Shown one piece after another: positions 26,616-38,500 of a stretch of 64,000 nt of DNA (positions are counted from its first letter, which is position 1; the number at the start of each line of letters is the position of its first letter). The notes under the pieces are model-generated. The model worked only from the letters and a program-made list of their open reading frames with translations, did no database searches and had not been told where the DNA came from. Made by a program: the position numbers and the translations under genes. Source of the DNA: Anaeramoeba ignava BMAN (taxonomy: Eukaryota; Protista; Anaeramoebae); NCBI GenBank assembly GCA_028826165.1, contig JAPDFW010000053.1, positions 124,001-188,000 of the forward strand, read 5' to 3'.

Positions 26616-28354
26616 TTAAATCCTTTTAAAATGTGTAAATTTCTCAATTTTTTTAAATACTGGTTCATAAAGTTTTGATGCCAAAATATTTATATCTTTC
26701 ATACTTTGGCAATTTTCAATAAATAATTTGGCAATTAAAAATCCACCAGAATTTTGATTAATTTTCTTTTGAAAATTAGAACAATCTCCAATTAAATCAT
26801 CTAGTTGAGAATTACATTTTTCAACTAATAACAGAAAATGATCAGAAAATGATTGCAAACTTTTCATTTCATTCGACAAACGTAAATTTAAATAACGAAT
26901 GTTTGATTTGTTAAATCTTTTCAAAAAATTACAAAATAGTTCGGAATCATTTCCTTGAAAGATTTGTGAGATGGATTGATTCAAATTTTCAAGATTAAAA
27001 AATTGTTTTGAATCTTGGAATTTTTTGGGAATATTTGGTTCAGAACAAATTTTTTCTGATTCAATTCGGTTTTCAAAATCGAAACTTGACATTTTTAATT
27101 TTTGAGAAACTTGCGAACGAGGAAATTGTTTTGTTTGTTGGTTTGAGTCTAAAATTGAGAGGTTGTTTTCTCTTTCATTTTTTTGATCAGGATTTTTTTC
27201 GTTTACATGATTGGTTTGATCCAAAAAGTTCTGGTTGAACAGGGTTGATTTCAAAGGATGAACCTTGCGAACTTCAGAAAAAAGGGAGTTTTTCAAAATG
27301 GGTTTTCTTTCTTCAACTAATGGTGGCTCTTGATTGATTCTTTCGAGTCGAGAGATTTCTTCTCTTTGATTTTGGATTATGTTCATGTCATTATTGATTC
27401 TTTCTTCTAATGTAATTTGCGACAGTTGTAGTGCTTCAAGGGATTTTGTCACTTCTTTGAATTGTGATTCCAGTTGTTGATATTGCAATTTCTTCACTGA
27501 ACCATCCCGAAGAATCAAAACTTGATTTTGAACTTGTTTCACTTTCATGTTTGCTTCCGATAATTCGTTGGAAAGAAACTGGTTTTCATGTTCGAGTTCA
27601 GAAATCTTGTTTTTCAATTCTTTGTTTTGTATTTGTTGGTGTCGAAGTCGCAAGTTTTCATTTTGAGCATTTTCCAATTCAGATTTTAATCGGGAAATTT
27701 TCATCAATTTTTTCTGCAAATAATTTTCATCATAACTTTTCAAGTCATTTTTTCTTACTTCAGAAAATGCAAAAGTTTGAGTCAAAAACTTTTTCTGATT
27801 TTCTTCCATTTTCTGGAAATCCTTGAAAAGGTTCTCGTGATCTTCAGTAAGATTTTTATTTTCTTTTCTTAATTTATTAATTTCGAATTCAAGTTTGTGA
27901 TTTTGATTTTCGCATTTTTTGAGTTCTTCAAAAAGTTGATTATTTTCAGAAATAAGATCTGCTTTTTTTGATTCTTCTTTTTCGAGAAGAATAGAGTAAT
28001 TTTCAACTTTGGATTCAAGTGAGTAGTTTGTTTGCAATAAGGATTGCCCAATTTGCGCTGCGAGGAGAAGATCATGTTCTCTTTCACATAAAAGTTGCTC
28101 TATTTCTTGCAGTTGATTTTGAATTGTTTTTGTTTGTGATCTTGTTATTTCATTTGATTTTTGTCCATTTTTCCAAAATTGATCCAAAAATTTTTGATAA
28201 GATTCTTTATTGATTTCTATTTGTTTTGATATTAAAATAAATAATTAATTATAAATAAAAATATTTAATTAATTATTTTTTTTTTACTTTTTGGAGTTAG
28301 GAAATTATGATGAATTGGTGTTTGAATTGGAGAAATTGGAGTTGATTTAGACAT
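26616..28354 (-). CDS. Coiled-coil dynein-dynactin activating adaptor-like protein (HAP1_N/TRAK/BICD/Spindly type); intron 28217-28287
   Basis: CC1 box EREHDLLLAAQIGQSLL, a long coiled coil, then the Spindly motif KNSLFSEV ~258 aa downstream. Exon 1 MSKSTPISP... splices in frame. Confidence 0.75.
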
Positions 28355-28509
28355 ATTTTTAAAAGAAAAAAGAAAAATGAAAAAAGAAAAAGAAAAAAAA
28401 AAAAAAAAAAAAAAGAAAAAAGAAAAAAGAAAAAAGAAAAAAGAAAACGTTAAAATTTAACGGAACATTTTTTTATTTATTAAAAAAAAAAGAAGAAAAA
28501 AAATTTAAT

Positions 28510-29280
28510 AATTCCACTTTTTTCTTTTTTAATTGGATTATTTAAATTAATTCCACTTTTTTTAATTGGTTTATTTAAATTAATTCCACTTTTTTTAATT
28601 AGATTATTTAAATTAATTCCACTTTTTTTAATTGAATTATTTAAATTAATTTCACTTTTTTTAATTAGATTATTTAAATTAATTTCACTTTTTTCTTTTT
28701 AATTGAATTATTTAAATTAATTTCATTTGTTTTAATTAGATTATTTAAATTAATTTCATTTTTTTTAATTGAATTATTTAAATTAATTTCACTTTTTTTA
28801 ATTAAATTATTTAAATTAATTTCACTTTTTTTAATTAGATTATTTAAATTAATTCCACTTTTTTTAATTGAATTATTTAAATTAATTTCACTTTTTTTAA
28901 TTGGATTATTTAAATTAATTTCATTTTTTTTAATTAGATTATTTAAATTAATTTCACTTTTTTTCTTTTTTTAATTAAATTATTTAAATTAATTCCACTT
29001 TTTTTAATTGAATTATTTAAATTAATTTCACTTTTTTTAATTGAATTATTTAAATTAATTCCATTTTTTCTTGTTTTAATTAGATTATTTAAATTAATTC
29101 CACTTTTTTTAATTTGATTATTTAAATTAATTTCATTTTTTTTAATTGAATTATTTAAATTAATTTCACTTTTTTTGTTTCAAACAAATTTATTGAAAAA
29201 AAATTAAATGGAAAAAAAAATCAAATCAAAAAAAAATTTAAATTATTTCACTTTTTTTTTTAATTGGATTATTCTACTTT
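28510..29280. repeat. Intergenic ~35-bp minisatellite (TTCCACTTTTTTTAATT[G/A][G/A]ATTATTTAAATTAA)n, ~19 copies
   Basis: Visible contiguous tandem units with no unique spacers. Confidence 0.92.
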
Positions 29281-29290
29281 TTTCTTGAAT

Positions 29291-32200
29291 TCAAATAACA
29301 GGATCTTCCATGAAATACAAACAATTAAAAAAGTGAAATAAAGCAGCACAAACAACACAAAAATGCCAAATATTATGACTACTTCCAAAATTATCAAAAC
29401 GAGATTTTGGAGAATATCTTTCTGGAATTTGAAAAGCAATAAGAACACAACCCAAACCATAAATCAAAAGAACAACAAGAACTCTCCAAAGAATATTAAT
29501 CGCATGATTTTCAGGAATAATAATAAGCATATGAATTAAAGGAACAACAGTAAATCCACAAACTCCAAAAAAAGCAAAAGTTCTAAAATAAGGATGAGAA
29601 TCCATAAATGATCGTTGAAACCAAATTAAATATATTAAAAATATTCCAAGTAATCCCATTATAATCAAGTAAAAATTTCGGAAAAAATTATGTTTTGGGA
29701 AATTATAAAAAATAATTGGCAAATATGATGTTTCTATCATAACAATCACTCCTGTTAAATCAACTATAAAAAGTGCTTTATAAGCTTTTACGCTGTAGCA
29801 TTCAAAAATATGATATATTGTTGATGTTGAAAAACAGAGTAATGTTCCTGCAATATAAACTCCCATTATTATTTCATTAGTTTTGCTTGTTGTTACTGGT
29901 GTTTTACTTGAATATATATAAATTGTTATACCGATAAAAACTAAAAAGCCTAAGAAATGTGACCAGATATTCAAAGTCTAACAAGATTGAAATATATTAA
30001 TTTAATTTGATTTGATTTGATTTGATTTAATATTTAATTTGATTTAATTTGATTTGATTTGATTTAATTTGATTTAATATTTAATTTAATTTAATTTAAT
30101 TTGATTTGATTTAATTTAATTTAATTTGATTTAATTTAATTTGATTTGATTTGATTTGATTTGATTTGATTTGATTTGATTTAATTTAATTTAATTTGAT
30201 TTAATTTAATATTAATTTGATTTGATTTGATTTGATTTGATTTAATTTGATTTGATTTGATTTGATTTGATTTGGTTTAATTTAATTTAATTTAATTTAA
30301 TTTGATTTAATTTAATTTAATTTGATTTGATTTGATTTGATTTGATTTGAATTGATTTGATTTGATTTAATTTGATTTGATTTAATTTAATATTTATTTA
30401 ATTTGATTTGATTTGATTTGATTTAATTTGATTTAATTTGATTTGATTTGATTTGATTTAATTTAATATTAATTTAATTTGATTTAATTTAATTTGATTT
30501 AATTTAATTTAATTTAATTTAATTTGATTTGATTTGATTTGATTTAATTTAATTTAATTTGATTTGATTTGATTTAATTTGATTTAATTTGATTTAATTT
30601 AATTTAATTTAATTTGGTTTGATTTGATTTAATTTAATTTAATTTAATTTAATTTAATTTGATTTAATTTAATATATATTTAATTCGATTTAATTTGATT
30701 TAATTTAATTTAATATTTAATTTAATTTAATTTAATTTAATTTAATTTAATTTGATTTGATTTAATTTGATTTAATTTAATTTAATTTGATTTGATTTAA
30801 TTTGATTTGATTTAATTTAATTTAATTTGATTTGATTTGATTTGATTTAATTTGATTTAATTTGATTTAATTTAATTTGATTTGATTTGATTTAATTTAA
30901 TTTAATTTAATTTAATTTGATTTGATTTGATTTGATTTGATTTAATTTAATTTGATTTAATTTGATTTAATTTGATTTAATTTAATTTAATTTAATTTGA
31001 TTTGATTTGATTTAATTTAATTTGATTTGATTTGATTTAATTTGATTTAATTTGATTTAATTTGATTTAATTTAATTTAATTTGATTTAATTTAATTTGA
31101 TTTGATTTGATTTGATTTGATTTAATTTGATTTAATTTGATTTAATTTGATTTAATTTAATTTAATTTAATTTGATTTGATTTGATTTGATTTGATTTGA
31201 TTTGATTTAATATTTAATTTGATTTAATATTTAATTTGATTTAATTTAATTTAATTTGATTTGATTTGATTTGATTTGATTTAATTTAATTTGATTTGAT
31301 TTAATTTGATTTAATTTAATTTGATTTGATTTAATTTAATTTGATTTGATTTAATTTGATTTGATTTAATTTAATTTGATTTAATTTAATTTTTAATTTA
31401 ATTTGATTTGATTTAATTTAATTTGATTTAATTTGGTTTAATTTAATATTTAATATTGATTTGATTTAATTTAATTTAATTTAATTTAATTTGATTTGAT
31501 TTAATTTAATTTAATATTAATTTAATTTAATTTAATTTAATTTAATTTAATTTGATTTGATTTAATTTGATTTGATTTGATTTGATTTAATTTAATTTGA
31601 TTTAATTTAATTTTATTTAATTTAATTTGATTTAATTTGATTTAATTTAATTTAATTTAATTTGATTTAATTTGGTTTAATTTGATTTGATTTGGTTTGA
31701 TTTAATTTGATTTGATTTAATTTGATTTGATTTGATTTAATTTGATTTAATTTAATTTAATTTGATTTGATTTGATTTAATTTGATTTAATTTGATTTAA
31801 TTTGATTTAATTTGATTTAATATTTAATATTTATTATTTGTTTAATATTTATTATTTATTATTTAATTGGTTTATTTATTATTAATTTAATATTTATTTA
31901 AAATTTATTTGGTTTATTTAATTTTTAATTGTTTTTATTTATTGGAAAAAAAAAAATTATTCCTAACCTGATTGTGTAACTTAAAAACACTCTTAAAACA
32001 AAGTGCAATATTAAAATTCATTCTATACCCAGTTTTAACAAATTTTGTAAACCCTACATGTCTGTGTGGTACATTGTCAGCATCAAAAAGAATAAAACTA
32101 TTATTTCTACCTATTCTTACATTGGCAAATGCTTCTAAATTACTCTTTCTATTGTCAATGCCAATACCAATTTCAATGTCAAGTTTGCCTTGTTTTTTCA

Positions 32201-32390
32201 ATTTAATTTTATTTTTATTTTTATTTTTCTTTTTTTTATTTTTATTTTTCTTTTTCTTATTTTTCTTTTTGTCATTATTAAAAATTAATGGATCTTTTTG
32301 TTGATCATAAGATTTTGTTTCTATATTTTTTAATTCTTTATTATTATCAATAATTTCTCCTTTTTCTTCTTGAGTTATTTCTAAATTCAT
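29291..32390 (-). CDS. PAQR/AdipoR (haemolysin III) family 7TM protein; intron 29978-31967
   Basis: VKTGYR..CFKSVFKLHNQ|TLNIWSHFLG, STIYHIFEC, DLTG, IPERYSP..FDNFGSSHNIWH. The Zn-binding histidines are present. Confidence 0.92.
29995..31900. repeat. Intronic pentamer microsatellite (GATTT/AATTT)n, ~1.9 kb
   Basis: Visible tandem repeat; it reads AAATC/AAATT on the sense strand. Confidence 0.95.
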
Positions 32391-32525
32391 TTAATTTAAA
32401 AAATGATGAAAGAAAAAAATGAAAAAAAAAAATATTTTTCAGTTTTTTTTTTTATTCCACTTTTTTGTTTTTTTTTTTGGAAAGAAGAAAAAAGAAAAAA
32501 AAAAATTGGAAATGAATTTTGATTC

Positions 32526-35500
32526 TTATTTTGGAATCCATTCAGAAACAAAATAATAAGCACTTACAGAATGCCTCAATAAAATAGAAGGAGGGAAATG
32601 ATTACCAATTAGATCAATCACTTCATTTTCTCTTTCATTTGAAGTATCCATTTCAACAATAACAGATTTCAACGTAAATAATTTATTCAAACTTTCATTG
32701 AGTTTTATCAAAAAACGTTTCCAAATCAAAAGAAGAGTATTGAGATCAGGAAAGAATTGTTTGCAATCAAGTAAATCCTTCTCTTGCTTTTGGTCAATTT
32801 CATGGAGAAACTTTTTAGGAACATCTTGCTTTGGATTGAAGAAATACTCAACAAAATTTTCGTGCAAATCCTTCAAATGCTTTAATTGGATCGAACTGAC
32901 AAATTTTTTAGACCCATTTTTGACTTGAATGAAATCGGCACTATTTTTGAGTTGAAGATTCTCTTCGGAAAATTGGATCAGATTCTTCTCAGGAAGATTC
33001 GAGACATGGACACTATCTACAGGGATGTTTGAACACGAAAAAACCAGTGTATTGACTAAACTCATGCATTGGAGCATTGAATTTGAGGCTTCCAATTCTT
33101 GCAAAATTTCGTGCCAAACGCTTTTGGGTATTTTTTCTTGCATCCACTGCCCTTTATCCAGTATGTGAAGTTTGGGATTCACATCATCATTGAAAATAAA
33201 GTCGGTGATTTTCAGGTCGATTTTTGAATATCTCAAAGGGAAGTTGAGATACTCTAAAAGATAATCGTGCAAAACTTGCAGTAAGTTTTGGTTAATTTGG
33301 TTGTCGTTTATGAAATCAATCACATCGTTCATGTTAATGCTCAAGAAGTGCGAGAAATCAAAAGAATCAAGTTGGATCGGAAAATTCAAGGTGCCAACGT
33401 TTTTGGATTCGTTTTTCAGAACAAATGAATGCGAAAGTGGAACAGATCTTTGCAATTGGCTTTTCTGTTCATTTGAATGGGAAAGACCGACTTGATCCAT
33501 AATATCGTTATGAACTTCAACAATATGCTCAAGTAGCTTGGGTGCGCAAAGGAAAATGTTCTCTGCTCCTGGCAAACATGTTCCAATCGAAACCTCCTTC
33601 TTCATACGAAAGTTGGAAAGAAAATTTGGTGTTGCGCGACAGGTAAGCATTCTCCTGACATCTTTCCATGCCAAGTTCCACACAGTCTCGAAATCTTGGT
33701 ACCATTTCTCAATAAGATCCCTCTGTTTTTTGCTTTTTTCTTGCGAGAGAAATTGCGAAATGGTCATTTCTTCTGCTTTTTTACGAGAAATTTTCCCATT
33801 TAACTGCGAAATCACAAACGAGGTGAACTTGAGATATCCCGGTAAAAACCTGAAAACGGTTAATTCCTTTTGCTTTTCGTTGACAAAATTGATAATCGGA
33901 AACTTTGTAATGTTAGACACATCTCGGTAATAAAACCCCATGAATTGTTCATATGTGTGTCTTTGATAAGGAGCAAATGGCCACGGCACTTCTGAATATA
34001 GAAGAGAAGACAAAACCCTTCTTTCTTTCGATTTTTTGTTCAGATTTTCGAGCTCTTCCCGAATACTAGCCTCTTCGTTCGTAACCATATCATTGAATAT
34101 TTTTTCAATCTCATTTCTTTTCGAGCTTTCTTGGAGATCTTCAATTTCCTTGATTCCGAAAAATTTCGAATATTTTGGATCGGCCATTTTATTCAAGACC
34201 AAATGGTAATAAAGATATGAGTCTTCTTTAGATAGTTTAAGTATCCCACCTAATAAGGAAAAGCTGATGATGATGTTTCTTTTTAACAATTCAGGAATTT
34301 TCTCCATTTGCGAGGGTTTATCCACAGGTGGATCGATAAGAAGAAAGAAGTTGCGGAGGAAATTGGTGTTGATTGATGAGAAACAAAGAGCAATTGAGTT
34401 GGTCATGATTTGGAGTATAATATAAGAAACGGGAGAAAGACTGCGAACAATTTGCTGGTCTGGCATTGAGATAGAGTGCAGAAAGCCTGGATAGTTTAAG
34501 AAAACCTCTTCAGTCGCTCTTTCAGTCCCCTCTAATTCTCGATGATATACTGCACCTGATTCTTCACCGCATAGAGGGCACTTCATGACTTCTTTGGGAA
34601 TTCCGCATTGATCAACAAGATATGGATGGTTGTTAGGGCACTTCCACCATTTGTTTGGATCGAGGAGGAAGAGTTGATAGTAAGGATGAGGAGGAACACC
34701 AGGCCAGATCGCGTTCTTCAATTTTTTTCGATTGCTCTGTGCCGACTCTTCATCCGGGTTTGATCGCATCGGTTGTGATGTGAACGAAAAAAAAGGTTCG
34801 AAATGTAGAGCTTGAACTAGCTCTAAAGAGTGGAAAGAAACTCGAATAAGATCTGCATCCTTTATTGCTTGAAGAAAATCTTCCCGAAAGTTGTATGCCG
34901 CTCGCGCAGGTTCGCACGATGGTTTGTAAGTGTTTTCAGTGATAGAGCTGTCTGAAACATAGGGTTGAAAAATACTTGCGAGCGACTTTGTTTCAATTCT
35001 TGGAATATGAATGTCACAAGGGAAAAAATTTGGATTGAAAACCCTAATTTTATTAAGAATTGAGAAATTCTCGTTGTTGAATTCGGTGAGAAAATTGAAA
35101 ACAAAATTATAAAGCTCTATTGGACCACGGTTGTAATATATTGATCTGCAGAGGAAAAGAATCCATTCCTTGCCTTCTTTTTTTTCCTTTAAAAATTTTC
35201 CGTACTTTTCGATAATTTTGTTGGGATTGTCAATAATTAATTTGCGGAAACGGAAAATATTGCAAATTGACTGGAAAGAAAAGGGTTTTGTGAGTAATTT
35301 TTTTGGGTTTTCATGAAAAACGGAAATTTGAGCATTGTTGTCATCATTATCCAAACTCAAATTATTATTGTTATCGTAATCTGAATAATAGTCATTTTCA
35401 TTGGATTGCTCGTTTTGAAAGATGGCCTTCTCCAAAATTTCCTGCTTCTCTTTCTCTTTCTCGTTTTGGTCGATCAACACTTGCAAACACGAACGACCAA

Positions 35501-38500
35501 TTTTACTTAAAACAGAACTAGAAGATGATTTTGCCTTAGAAAGAAATACATCCAAAATCGCGATAAATTCTTTGTAAAAGATGGGGAACTTCTCTGAATA
35601 AACAATAATTTCTCGAGTCAATCCTTTGATAGCAAACTCAGAAAAAGTGGAAATGATATAGAACTTAGAGTTTTTTCCAAGAAGAATATTGACAAAATTC
35701 TTGAGAAATAATCCACTTTCCTCGTTTTTTAAAGAGAAATCAAGAAGTGTTTGCTGTAGTAAAATGCTGCCGAATTTTTGGAAGAAAAAGGATATGTGAC
35801 TTTTGAGTTTCTGGAACTGTATTTGGCATTTCTTCAATGTTTCTTTTGATTTATCGAAGTGCATATCCAATTTCTCAAATGGATGTTCGCAGAACGGGCA
35901 ATTCTTTGTGGGAAGGTCATTGATTTCTTGTCTTGTAATTGGAGAATGCTTTTTTTTGCAAAAGTAGATGTCATTTGGGGTTAAATCTTTGGCAATTTCG
36001 TCGATACTCTTCATTATGGGTGAGTAATAACGGGAAATTACATGAGAAAACAACGTGTTCCAAATCAGGAAGAAAAGTGTTTCCGGATCTTTTTTTTCGT
36101 GATTTTCATCCAAACCCAAAATGATTTCTTCGAAGATTTGGGATATAGTATCCTTGTCAATAAAGGCATCTTGGTTCAAAGGAATCAAAATACAAATCAA
36201 GAAGCTTCTTAAAATCAAGTTTATGTTCCATTTCTGGCTCAATTCAAGAATCTTACTTCGCTGAGATTCGTGTTTTGATTTGTACTTTATCAGCATCAAG
36301 ATCAGATTCCGCACATATGAATTTGAGTAGCTGATTGATTCGCAAACAGAAATTTTATCTTCGAGTTCCTTATGGGCAAACAGGATTGTTTGTAAGGTAT
36401 CAGAGTAGTTGTTAAGCAAGGAAAGGATCAAGGATTCCTTTTTACTTTTTTGTGAATTTGGGTCTTTTTTCAAGGATTCATGAGAAAGAAACTTGTGTAA
36501 TTGTTTTTTTATCAGCACAATATCTTTCAAATATGGTTTGATTCTTTCCGAATAGATTTTGTGGATTGTTCTGAGTGGAAGTTTCTCAATTTTTTTGTGT
36601 TCTAATTCCTGAATCAAGTCGAATAAATCAATTTCTGTTGTTGTTGTTATTTGATCTTGAAAATGATCCTTCCCCAGCACAATCAAGATGAAATCATGTA
36701 GATATTTTCGAAGTAATTTGATCGCATTTTTTCTAATTGTACTCTTACTGTGATTCCCTTTAACAATTTCGAGATTGATCAATGGCTTATCTGCAATTTC
36801 TCTTAAAAATGGCATTTCTTCGCTGATATTTTCAAAGTTTTCGATCAAGGAATAGATATAGAACGAAAACGGAAACTGCGAATCTCTGAAATGATCCTGC
36901 ACAAAAACATTGAGATATGGCACACGGTATTCAGAGAAAATGGAATTCCAAATATTTTTCACAACATGCTTTTCATTCACAAGAAGTAGATTCTGGTTCA
37001 AATTCAATTTGTTTATCAAAAGAGCAAAAATGTTTGGTAATTTTGGTTACAAAATCATCAAAGAAATAAGATGCAAAGGAGGTTTTTCCGTTGTGGTTAC
37101 TTAGGATTTTCTGGAAGTTCCATTGATAAATCTTCATGTTTTTCTCACTTCCTTCTGTGATCATTTGCTGAATTTTCTGGAAGGCCATTTTCTGGATTTC
37201 TTTATTTTGAGTCAAGATGTTGTATATTTTATCGAAATCTGTTTTGAAATTGATGTTTGTTGGGTCGGAAAATTTGGAAATTGCAGAAGCAATAATTTGG
37301 GAAATGAAATCGAGGAATTTCTTCTCGATTTTGATGAAAATGCTTTTCAGATCAGCCTTTTCCTCCTGAAGAGAAATGACATCAATTCCGTATTTCTGTT
37401 CCAATTCATCCAAATAATAAAATTCCCAGTTGTCTTCAAAGCTATAAAAGAAAGAATCGCTGGAAATACTCGATGCTAAATGAAGCACAAAAATAATATA
37501 ACACTCGTGATTTTGGATGGGGTAACTCCGACGCGCAGAAATGCTTTTGATTTTCTGGATTTCTTTGTTTCTGTTGTGCTCATAAAAGTGCTGAGAAACA
37601 AAATCTTCAACAAGATACTTCGTTTGATAAAACAGCTCCAAAGACTCTCTTTCAGAAAGACTGAGATGAATAACCAAAACAGACTTATCAGAATTAATTT
37701 TCGCGTAGAATTTCTCTTTCAAATCATTTTTCAAATCGGAATCAGTTTCGTAGTCTGATAAATCAAACGACACCTGAGAATAGTGGTGCGGCAAAGATAG
37801 TTTTTTACTTTCAGCGCTTGAGGAATATGTCAAAAGAATGGTGTTTTTGATCTTGTTGGGCAGAATCTCCTTGCGGAATAGTGTTTTAAAATCTGGAAAA
37901 TAATGGCTTTTAAATTCTTTCCATATGCTTTCCAGAAATTTTTTGTGTTTGGGCTTCATGTTGCTGTCATTCGAAATGAAATCAGCAATTTGCATCATTT
38001 TGCCAATTTTGCATATTCTAATCCAGTATTTACTTGCCTGGTCGATGTTCCCGCTTTGGTGCTGGTTTTGGAGTTTAATTGAAAGAGAAGGCAGCAAATC
38101 ACGATGGTAATTAATAATCATATTCTCCTTAGAAATTTGGTTATTGGTGATTTGCGCAATTTCCGTCAGTTTCTTGATTTGTTGATCGTAGAAATTCTTC
38201 ATTTGTTCTGAAGTGATATAATCTTTAGGGAGAACAAGCTGCTTTTCAAAACGGTTAAGAATAGGCGGCGATTCGGTTTGGTACGCACGCTGTTTATCCG
38301 TGATAATAATCATTCGGAATTTTTCGTTAATAAGGATATTCTGAGTGATATGGCCAAAAGAAATGCGTGCAAATAAACGATCACCTTCACGAATATAGTT
38401 TTGGTTCAGCAAATCATAAAGAGGCTCGTAGAGCTGCGTGTTGTTGCAAATCACAATTGTTTGTCCTGAAAGAATTGCCTTCTCGACTTTGTTGAGATTC

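Noticed and set aside
28510-29280. ~35-bp repeats resembling a CRISPR array
   Set aside because: The units are contiguous with no unique spacers, there are no cas genes, and the context is eukaryotic.
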